64,000 nt of DNA, taken from positions 5,146,001 through 5,210,000 of the forward strand of contig NC_134029.1 in NCBI RefSeq assembly GCF_964204645.1, in the 5' to 3' direction. The notes beneath the pieces are model-generated. The model saw only the letters and a list, made by a program, of their open reading frames with translations, was not told the DNA's origin and ran no database searches. Positions 53,601 to 64,000 of the stretch are shown in pieces (the first letter of the stretch is position 1; each line of letters starts with the position of its first letter). A program made the translations under genes and the position numbers. The DNA is from Tubulanus polymorphus. Taxonomy: Eukaryota; Animalia; Nemertea.

Positions 53601-56600
53601 TTACATTAGCTGTATTTGGATGAGTTGAAGACGCGAAGTGTGAACGCTTAATGCTAAAAATATGGAAAAAAACCATTGAATTATTTCAAAGCATTCAATT
53701 CAAAGCAAAGCAAAGGTACAGAGAATAGGACTTTGTCAAGAAGCATTATTCCCTTGCCAGCTCCCTGGTTACACAATTTACCTCAGATAAAGACCATAAA
53801 AAAATATTGCAAGTCCAAAGAGCGTTGGTATCCAAAGTGATGTTATCAGCGTACCGGACCACGCGAAATATAGAGCAATCTTTTCACCAAAATAGTTCCT
53901 CACTTTCCAAAACGGCTGCCATTTTGTGAATTTTGTCCACGTCTGATTGAGCTCTTTACGTGGATCTGGATCAATGATCCGCTTTGGTATCACGTCCATT
54001 TCAACATCTTTTACACAGTTAAGTTCAGCTTTCTGTTCCTCAATGGCAATAACAAGTGGATCCTCAATTGACTCTTCGTGTAACGGAATAGCATTTGCAT
54101 AAACACCCTTCATCAACATATATGGAAGACCTATGGGGCAGATTGAAATTAATAATAAAACTTTTTACATTCTTTGTTATTCCACAAACATTATCATTAA
54201 CATTAAGCTAAGAAGATTAAAACAAATCTGAAAAATAAATAACAAAGATAATTGTTTGCGGAAAATTTTATGGGTTTCCAAGTCAAAAAATATCCAAGCA
54301 AGAAATTGTTTATATTTTTATTAGTACTGCATAATCCTTATCTAATAATTCCACTGACTACCTCCCTATACAAGAGTAATTACGCGTTAAAAGCTGGGAA
54401 AAGGATAAGTATAATTAAATACCAAGACCTAGAATTATTTTTTCTGTAATACTAGTAGAGAATTTGTAAATAGTACTTTTGTATGCAGTTTTGGTATGAG
54501 TACTAATAATATCATATCAATGGCAGAATAAGATGGACGAACTAGGCCTAATAGCCTTCAAGTAACTGGTGTTTGCTTCAAGGAAACCGTAGAAGAATTG
54601 AAATTATCAGAAATCGAAGGATCAACTGATCTGCTTGCCGGGGTATTGGGGGAATACATCAATAACAGCTGAACAGTAGATAAATTGTATCAGATGTCTG
54701 TGTACATACACCTGATAATTAACAGTGACAGAATACTCATTTCCTGTACCGTACGTAATATACCTCACGCAAAGGGTATTACGCCTATTCAGTTTTATCA
54801 TACCGCGGTGTATGCGACTATGTCATAAACGTATGACGAAGGCTTTATCGTGTTTTTCAGAATACTCACTGGTCTCGCAACTTACTCATACTCTAAACGA
54901 TTTTTTGAGTAGCGAATCTTGTTTGTAATAAAAGAAATTTCGAACGCTTTTAACTTCCTTTTAGTCTATCCTCAAGGGCATTAGATAAGAAAAAAGGCAT
55001 CGGTGAATTTTTTGTCTTGCTACTGCCAAGATGAAACAAGACTTGACAAGACTTGTTTGACAAAACAAAATGATAGAAGGGAAGTTCATTTCATTACAAT
55101 ACTACAATACTTAGGAATAATCTTATCTCTCTTTACATGCTTGTAGAAGACTAAATGCTAAGAACCTTTTTTTTTCATGCAAAGCATACAAAATTATCAA
55201 AACAACATAAGTACATTGAAAATGAACTTAACCTATTTCATTCCAGTCGAACTTAGAATAACAAATATGTCTATAAAAAGAATGATCATACATTAACATT
55301 AAACTATTTTGCTGTAGTTAGACATCTCTTTAAAACTGAACTTTCTGAATTGTATTTCATACGTGGAACGCAAATAAAGCAAAACTGGGTGTAATGAAAT
55401 AAACATGTCATAGAAAGCAAAATAAAGGGAAAAAATTAGACACGAAAGATTTTACTGCTATATGAAAACACGTTTTGAATGTTCAAAAAGCATTTTTAAA
55501 ATATCAATGGTAGTCAAGACACATGCATTTCTCTTTCCATGTGAAGTCAATGAACGAAAAGGAATTCTTTCTGGAGTATTTCACTATCGTTAAGTCCATT
55601 GGCTATTCAGACATTCATGCATCTGTATACATTAAAATGTACATCTTACCTTGTTTCATGCTCAGTTCATCCAATTCATTTTCTTTACAGAGCAGAAAAT
55701 TTCATTTTTTCATTTCAGTGAATAAAAGGGTGAAATAACTCGCAGGGTGCATAAACTTCTAATTACTGAACTATACCCATGAAAACTTCCTTAACAAATT
55801 AAACTCATGGTATAAAATGCACACAACTAACTGATAGACGATGCTCTAAGGATTAATGTTGGATTCATTGGAAGGGAACTGAGATAGCTTTAGATTAAAC
55901 TTCTTACAAATATTATGAGTTAAGTTAAAAAAATCAACCCCAAAAAAGAAAAAAAAACGAATATAAATTCTTGTCGTGTGAAAATACATTTAGCCTTTTC
56001 ACTATTCATAAAGTAAATACTCTATAAAATAGACCAGACCCTTAACCGATTTTTGTCAAGTGAAATCTAAATACTGGTTTGGAATATAACGTGAAGTTTT
56101 ATCAGACCTATAGTGTATCATTACCTTTTTTAGTTAGATGATCTTCTTCAGATATGCTTGATTTTTCTCGTATATCAACGTTTATCAAAATCTGGTGCGT
56201 CTAAAATATAAAATAACTCATTCTCGAAAAATTGAATGTAATTCATCTTTACAGTTCATAAAAGCTAATAAACCTAATAAAGAAGGTGGTTTTTGTGATG
56301 CCCCAATAATTGTTATAGATTGGAAGCTAAAGCTCCTCTTTTAGATTTAGATACAGGGAAAACAAATGAGGAACCACAATAAGAAATAATCATTTCTATC
56401 TAATCAGATAAGGCTTATTTTCATAATCTTTCAAAAGTATCTTGTCTCCAGAGACACTCTAATTTCTGTGGACTGTCCTAGGAGGTTCTTCCATTTGATA
56501 GCCGAGTACTAGGCCTGTAGCCTAGGGTACTTTTCAATGATAAATCATTCATTATTGCTTTTTTAAAAATAGAAGTTATATACACATGATCAATATAATT

Positions 56601-58988
56601 CAACCCACTCATTACTTTTACATCCAGACCCAGCATGAAATCATAGGTGGATCTCTGACCTATCTATGATTCACCGATGCACTTGGTACCGGATTACGAT
56701 TACAGGCCTAAAAATAGCCTGGATTCACTAATTACACATATTAATCAACATAATGTCACTTTTATCTTAATAATTACTTCATTGGGCAAAATCAATCACA
56801 TCTAAGAATACATTGATGTTACATAAAGGATTCTCTTTTTAGAGTCCATGGTTACGACAAACAAAAATATCAACACATTCCATGGAAACGAAATGAAAAG
56901 CAATTAGCCTGCAGAGATTTGATCAAAACATATGCCAACGATGTCCTAACTGGGAATATCTGAAAGCCCCCAACAGAACTAAAAGCAAACTAATGCGTCG
57001 TGTAATATTGCCATCCACAAACCACACCCTTATTTATCTAACTGTGATGACAATCTCAATAGATTTGTGTGGTATTTGCAATTGATCAATATAGAAATAA
57101 GTTTAACGAGTAAAGGGAAACAAGTTCATTAGACAAAACTATTACTTCCCCTGCATGACAATGTAAGTAATTAGTAAATCGTACGCATGTTATAGCAGGC
57201 TTTCAGGTAACTTCAGGTAAAAATATGCAAATTAATTACAAGAACACATAAAAATAGAAAAATCTTAAATGGATTTTTTGGTTGCTAATTTCCCAGATAT
57301 TTGTTGCACAGAGATATGAATTCTTTTATCCTGGATTTTTACTGAACACTTTCGAAAATAGGCAAGGCCAATATTGATCGTTGACTTTCACAAATAAACT
57401 GCACAAACGCAAGCTTCGACATTTATGTGACGCCTAAGTGATATTTGAATGATGACCTTACCAGGTAACTTCGGAGCGATGGACGAAAGAAGGTGTCTTC
57501 CTTTTCATGACCCTCATACAGATGTAACCGATCAAATATAAATGGGGCGCTCACGAAATCCACTAAAAAAAAAGAGCCAAAAATGAAGAATCAGCATTTG
57601 AGTATTTAAGAGCTCCATGAGCATAATAAAAACAACTTACCTTCATCATCAGTTTTGAAGTGATTAATGCATGAAATGCAGTATTTGTCTTTAGTGTCTT
57701 CATAAATCTCACACTAAAAAATGAATTCAGACAAGAAAACTATAGTGCCTATCAACGTCTCACACAAACAGGACAATTATTTTTGTCCAAAAATAAAAAA
57801 CTCTTCCTGTCAAAAATAGAAGTACTGTACATGATTGAAATTTGCATCAGCTTAAACAGGGCGGACACTTATTCCACCAATTTACAATTCCTTGAACTTT
57901 CCCAAATTTTCAAGCATTACTTATAACACAAAGTTCCCTATGAGTGGAATAAGAGGAGTTTCTTGGTTTAGCCTGATCAAAATGCTACAATGCTCGTGAT
58001 TGTGGGACTTACATTCAAATTTATTCATAACTCATTGTGAAGGTTTACCTCATGCGCCAATGACAGTGGGAATATTGAAGGCCCCCATCAGAAATAAGCG
58101 TAAATATTGCCATCCACAAACCACACCCTTATTTATCTAACAGCGATCTCAGTAACTGTACTTCATTTTTTTTCGGTCAATTTTGCCACCCACCACTAAT
58201 AGACTAAGTCCCCTGCACAAGATTTGGGGCATCCTTATCTTCTTTTTGATATCACCCCCGAATACCTGGAAATTGCATTAGGCTAAAATGCACTGAAATT
58301 TCAAAATTTTTCATTTCTTTGTTTTCCAGTCTGTCTAATTCAGGATTGCTTCAAACCTTTCTAACTGCTTATTTCTCAGAATTGAAAGAGTTTTGGGCAT
58401 TATTCTCAAATTGAAGTGGTTTCAAGCACCTTAAAAAAGCATTTTGCTTTAGGTTTTCAGGAATCAAGGAGCCATAGGGATCCTAATTATGTACCAGTAG
58501 ATTAATTCCTTCAAATGAAAGCTTACCCCAATCAATGGCATTTCCAATTTGATTTTCTCAGCTTGCATGCACAATCGAGCGAAGGGCGTGTGCACTTTTA
58601 CGAACATGTTGTTTTTATAGACGTCCGTTTGTAATTTCAACCCCTCTGTTTTCATAGCTGATTCGAATTTTTCTCTCATCTTCTCGATGTCTTGCCGGTG
58701 ATGTTTTTTCTTTGCGCTTGAATCGTCATGGTTCGAATCGATCACCGGATAGGTCAACACAAAATCAATCCGCTTTAACTTCTCCGCCACACCCTCGCCG
58801 CCCAACGAACTGGCTTTCTTATTTTTGTTTGAAATATTATCTTTTGGAAAACCGTTGATGTCATCTCTAGATGGGTTATCAAACAAGAACTTGTTGTGTT
58901 GCGGTGCACTGTCCGTCAGTGGAATTTTATCGTTATTTCCGATATGATCATCCACGGCTGGCTGAGTAAGGTTTATTACATCATCCAT
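44609..58988 (-). CDS. anoctamin / TMEM16 family Ca2+-activated channel or scramblase; 22 coding exons in the longest simple isoform, ~1021 aa
   Basis: Exons 5'->3': 58988-58527, 57713-57641, 57562-57462, 56200-56125, 54130-53782, 53653-53582, 53489-53395, 53323-53202, 52942-52853, 52732-52571, 52396-52360, 52175-52066, 51979-51825, 51621-51450, 51269-51140, 50741-50608, one of [49833-49753, 49226-49146, 48702-48622], 48448-48390, 48125-48060, 47670-47624, 46704-46536, 44912-44609. Motifs: [92 protein letters not shown]. Confidence 0.93.
45138..45211. mobile_element. degenerate short MITE-like element
   Basis: gcgccagttccac ... gtgaacttggcac, flanked by caa / cag. Confidence 0.4.
46171..46279. 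mobile_element. almost fully palindromic MITE with CAG target-site duplication
   Basis: The arms ggcccagttttatagactggtataacctttaacccgggggctaa and ttagcccccgggttaaaggtattacctgtctataaaacaagccc are near reverse complements. CAG flanks both ends. Confidence 0.85.
48622..48702 (-). CDS. anoctamin TM10 exon, variant C (closest to the family consensus)
   Basis: 81 nt, tag|...|gtgag, phase 0-0: [27 protein letters not shown]. Confidence 0.92.
49146..49226 (-). CDS. anoctamin TM10 exon, variant B
   Basis: 81 nt, cag|...|gtaag, phase 0-0: [27 protein letters not shown]. Confidence 0.85.
49753..49833 (-). CDS. anoctamin TM10 exon, variant A
   Basis: 81 nt, cag|...|gtatg, phase 0-0: [27 protein letters not shown]. 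Confidence 0.83.
51677..51787. mobile_element. MITE-like element in an anoctamin intron
   Basis: Terminal inverted repeats gacccagttctacag / ctgtgaaatggatc, flanked by cgg / ctg. Confidence 0.55.
56951..57048. repeat. dispersed intronic direct repeat, copy 1 (copy 2 at ~58068-58147)
   Basis: 39-bp exact match aatattgccatccacaaaccacacccttatttatctaac at 57004 and 58103, plus a similar upstream block tgggaatat..gaa.gccccca.cagaa. Confidence 0.85.
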
Positions 58989-60269
58989 GTCTAAACACCT
59001 AGTCTGATCCTTCAGAACTATCAATCAGCGAAATGATGCTCGTAGTCGTAGAATGTCAAAAAACAGCCGAAAAATTATTTGAAGACTTTTTTAAAAACTA
59101 AATCTCATTCATTGTAATCAGATCTGGCTTCAAGAATACCACTGCAATTATCATTAGGCCTATTCGAACCATTCTAATTGAGTGAAATAGTAGACGAAGT
59201 AGCATAAACGTACGTTTGATTCTTGAAAAGTTCAAAGACCTCGTCGTCACACCACGGCACGGCCTTCCAAACAGATTCGACTAAAAATAAGTCTTACTTT
59301 GAGCGCTGTTTCCAACCCTGAACCAAATATTTTGTTATTGTTAATCAATCAGTTATCACGTACTCCGCCAAGACCACATAAATCACTCGTTAATTTAGCT
59401 TATACCTATCCATTCACCCATATAACAATTGACGATCGAATAGCTGAAGTTGAATAACCGAGTACAACTTGTCAAAATAGCGGATATCATGATGCCGTTG
59501 TTTTCATCACGTGATTACGTTGCTAACTAAGCGCGCCATCTTTTCTTTTTTACTAGATGGCGCCACAGTATAGTCTCTAGATGACAGATTTTTGCGGGAA
59601 TTGTGTATGTTTTTCCTATCAGTGAATTGGACAAATTTTCAAAGGCCGGAAGACACGCCGCTCGTCGATGAAATTTCGGGATGAATAGTAGCTTAGATCC
59701 CCCAGATCCTGCCAGAAAGCCTTTATGGCCTAAATGATACAAAATCCTCCGCCATGCCGGCCGTAACCCCCGGCGGATTACCGGTGTTTGAATAAAGTGT
59801 TTTCTGTCTTATCTTTGAGCTTTTCTTGGTGCTTTTACATTAATAATTAGAAGGGGTTTAAAGGTCCTGGTTGTTTGTTTGACCGCGCGGGAGTTTCGCG
59901 TTAAATAATCATAATTAAATACGCGTCCTGTCGACAAACAACGGCGCTAACAACTAGAAGTTGAACTATTTACCTACGGCCACTGAAAATCTAGAAATGT
60001 GCGACCCTGCATATAAATACGATCTTAAAGTCAATGCTCTTCTTCATGTTTGTCCGTGATTTCCTGCAAGTGACTCACTGGTGGACTGCTATCGTATTCC
60101 GAAGGTAATAAGACGAAAATTTGTAATTTATTTCGATGTCGATTAGAATTACTTTCATATTTTGTTGTCGTTTTGTTGTGGATAAATCAAATTCTTTTTC
60201 AGCAAAAAATAAAAATCGGCCTTAGGCGAAGGTCAGCGTGAAATCATAGATTTGTTTATAAGATTTTCA

Positions 60270-60893
60270 ATGGCGGGAAATGGCAAGGCATATTCCCGTA
60301 CTTTGGTACGTGCAACAGCGGCTAACCGAAAGGAGGACACGGAACTTCAAAGAAAACTGTCCATCTACTCCAAACAGCTATCCAAATCGCATACTGATCA
60401 AGGTCGAGATATTGCGCAATCGAAAGAACTGGAAACCCGACTGCGGCTGAACAGACGCGGCAACTCAGTCGGATCGCACATCGAATCTTTGGGTTTATCA
60501 CCGGACGGTTCGGCAAAGCGAAGCCACATAGAACAGCGACCCCTACCGTATCGTTACGACGACGAAAAATCGCAGCAAAGCCCCTATCAAAATGGGCCTA
60601 CAGATCTTACTTACAACTCACACCTGGGAATAAAGGTAGGTCTTCTATAGTATTTGTGATTACAGAGCTATTCTTGCAATAAGTGAAGTAGCGAGCCGAG
60701 TAAGTGTATTTATTTGAATATCTATTCATTCAAAAGCTAAGAGAATTTAGCTGTAAAATATTTCAATATATTTCAGGTGCCGAACCGAATCCAGCCTCCG
60801 ATTTGTGTTAACAAAAATGTTAAACGCCTTTCGACGGACAAAATCTACAAACGCTCACAATCAAGTGATTTGATCGGAAAACAATGGAAATGA
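60270..60893 (+). CDS. uncharacterised small basic protein with a predicted helical N-terminus; 2 coding exons, ~160 aa
   Basis: ATG in tcaATGG context. Exon 60270-60635 (AAG|gtagg) joins in frame to tttcag|60777-60893 (VPNRIQPPICVNKNVKRLSTDKIYKRSQSSDLIGKQWK*). Possible 5'UTR donor at 60104. No domain recognised. Confidence 0.6.
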
Positions 60894-62482
60894 TAAGTTA
60901 CATTATGCTGGAAGAAATCCGCCAACGAACTCTTAATGCTGTTAATTAGTAGCAATAGCTCTTCATGCGTAGAAATGTAATAGTTTGGCCAAAGCTTTTT
61001 GACGGACTGTTCAAAGAAATAAGGTATCATGTCTGCACAGAGAGCAACGGGGATGTTACGTGGCCATACATGAAAATGATCAAATTTTCTATCAGAACTC
61101 TGTGATAATAAACGATATTGATTTAAGCGAACGGACTGGGAATTATTTCAGTTTATGACGAACTTTTCTAAGAAAGCGTAAAATCAAAACCAGAATATAT
61201 GTAATAATTTAGATAAAAAGCAACATAGGTAGGATTCTTCGTGTTATCATTAGATTTTATTTCACGGTTCATTGCGGAATAGAATTTGACCAAATATCCA
61301 ATCATTCGTGTTCAGCCACCAAATGTTACAGAATTATCGCGTATCCTATCAATAAATGATGGTGATTTTATCGCGAGAACTTTATAACATTTCAGACTGG
61401 AGCATTTTACACCTCTTCATTCAAAGTTGCGAAGATTGGTTGCTTCCGTTACGTTTTAAGTAACGTCTTTCACGCGGATAATTCGCCATTATAAGTCGTT
61501 TCCTCGGTACATTGAGCCTTGATTCCAAAAAGATCCTTAAAGTTATAACTAGGATGCGCATCTTTTCAACATAAAAACACAAAACAAAGTTTCGTGCAGA
61601 TACAGTGGTTTGCGATTAATGCTTTATTTGTCAAAAGTGTTCATTTTTAGTGTAGATAAAACTCAATTATTTTGGTGCAGATGTAAGACAAAGTTCTAAG
61701 CACAATGGTTTGGAGAATCCGGCAAGTGGTACGCATTTTTGAGTGCAGCTTCGACTGGGATTGGGATAACCTTCCATTATTTGTCGGCGACGTGACATGA
61801 TTTGTCTCCTGAAAAATGTGAAATGATCAAAAAACATAATTCATGATCGTTTGCTCGCTCAAAATGAACTACGTGTCATATTTATACTATTAGAAAATTA
61901 CGTACGCAAATCTTTTCTTTCCGGAGTCGATGCAAAGGTCGATACAAATAGGTCTTTCAAACTCAGATAATTTCACGCACTTTTCACTGCAACCGTTCTC
62001 TATTCCGCCTTCCAAACGAATATTACGATTCATTATCTGTCGCCTGCAATTGAAATTAAAAATAGAAAGCAGGATTTTTTCCCATTTTGCGCTGGCCACC
62101 TCGGCAAGAATCCATTATCTTTATTTCGGGTTACGATACACCGTTATGCGCATCGATAACAGATTACAATGACGTGAAACAAGTTTAAGCCCGATGTAAT
62201 CGACTTACACATCAAGAGCTCTTTTTGAACCTTTTTTGACGCAGACATGCACACATATCGGCTCTACTGCTCCATAGTCCATTTCGCACTTCTCAACCAT
62301 GATGCAGTCAGTATCGGCACGTCGGTTCATTATTTGACGAGACATAATCTGATGCTTTTGAAGATGTCTTTAAAGAAAAAAACGAAGTTAAGAGAGGAAG
62401 GTAGTCAATGGTACGGTAGATCAATGATTAAGGTAGTGATAGATTGAAAGTAAGTATAAGATATGAGATTTTAAATGCATTG

Positions 62483-62751
62483 CAGGGGTGGATCCAAGTG
62501 GAGGGTGCAGGGATGCGCGCCCCTCCCTAAAACGTCAAGTTGCCCTGAAATTTAAAAAGATGAAAAATATCAACTATACAACACCAACTGACTCTTAAAA
62601 AGTTTAAATCCATAAGCAAGTTTTCTGTACCTCCAAAAATGTGAGGTATGTGAGGTATTATGTTTACCGATGATCGGATGCCCTTTCAATTATATATGCT
62701 ATATTTTGGGGTAGCACCCTTCCCTGAATCAGACCCTTAAATCCATCCCTG
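62483..62751. mobile_element. non-autonomous DNA transposon with CAGGG termini and an exact 5-bp target-site duplication
   Basis: Terminal inverted repeats caggggtggat / atccatccctg. CATTG directly flanks both ends (62478-62482 and 62752-62756). Confidence 0.8.
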
Positions 62752-64000
62752 CATTGTTTTTTGAGGGCAAAATTCTACATTTTTAATAAGTTTTTTATGA
62801 CTGTTGATGTTATCTCAATGTTGCAATCTGAACGAATCAATGTTTCGATAAAATATGAATAAATCATGGCGTCTAAAAGCTACGTTATTGTTATCCGTGG
62901 TTTTATGTTTGATATCATACTATGATAAAATTTAGAAAAAAAATAGCAATTTGTTTCGTGTGAATTTCTACACACCACCTCGTATATAGTTTTCAGGCAC
63001 GCGAACTAAAACGCCTTGTCCTGAAATTTTTTTAAAGTGGCATTCGGAGTACGGAAAATTCAATCCTGTAGGAACAGAATGCTAGATATCAGATTTTGTG
63101 GCATTTCTCATCCCTAATCCGTTGAAATCGTACGCCCCACGTAAATTGTTTCACTTCGCATGTATTCTTAGTTTTGCAAGGACACGATTTTCTGTTAAAC
63201 GTTATACCGTCCCACATTGTCTCGGTAAAAGGAACCCTTATTTCGTACATTTCCGAAGTAACGCTTCTACAGTTACATACTACTATACAGGGTTTAGCTG
63301 TTTCAGATCAATTTATATGCAGATATCAACAAAAAAGTTTTCAATTCAATGATATCATCACAGTGTCACCTGAAAAAAACTTTCGATGCTGATTTCTCGT
63401 TTGACACTGCATCCAATTCCAGTAGTATTTTGCTCCTTGACTCGACACTCACGTCATCTATTGACTTAGTTCTATGTCGAGCAAAAAGTACTTAATGTAT
63501 TTCTGAAAGAATATTTCCCCGTTATTGGATTAGATTTTATGCGTGTACGCATCGACGTTATTTCATTTTGTATGACGACGAGCTAACCACGGTAATAATA
63601 GTTTTACGTGCGGAGGTAAAGTCTCTATCGATCCTGATAAACGAGAAAAAGTAAACAGATTTTGAAAACTTCTGTGGATCCTATAATAAACGAGAAAAGT
63701 GAGGAGACTCTTCTTCGAACTACCAAGTCTGTCTGAACATCTTCCTCAATATAAAAAAAAAAACAATCCTGACCTTTGAGGCGATTTACAAGCACGCCGA
63801 TAAGCAATTTGTTTATAAAAATTTTCAATTGGGAAAGTTCCCGAGCTATGAGAATATTTCGAAACTTGTTTTAGGTAAAGGAATGTGTAATTGGTATATT
63901 CCAAAGCTTGTATGGGAATCGATGTTCCGCAACTAAAAATTAGTGGAATAAATGCTGATAATCTGCTAGGAATCAATATCGATATCCTTCGTTAATTTAC

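Overview
AT-rich, intron-rich animal genomic DNA (GT-AG introns, microsatellites, MITE-like repeats). An invertebrate, probably lophotrochozoan, origin is inferred from gene content and not established. Exon models were built by hand from splice sites and frame continuity. The first ~16 kb are gene-poor, with a few exon-like segments on the minus strand. Then come: an intronless peptide-type class A GPCR (-); a 25-exon, ~1285-aa NRPS-like gene with adenylation, thiolation, thioester reductase and SDR domains (A-T-R-R), the architecture of fungal ATRR glycine betaine reductase (+); a 4-exon GM2-activator-like ML-domain gene (+); an intronless divergent FoxQ2-like forkhead gene (-); a ~22-exon anoctamin/TMEM16 gene (-); and a small uncharacterised two-exon gene divergent from it (+). 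The two most notable items are the intact animal ATRR-like enzyme with a non-canonical A-domain pocket, and three tandem homologous 81-nt exons in the anoctamin that encode alternative TM10 helices, possibly each with its own C-terminus.
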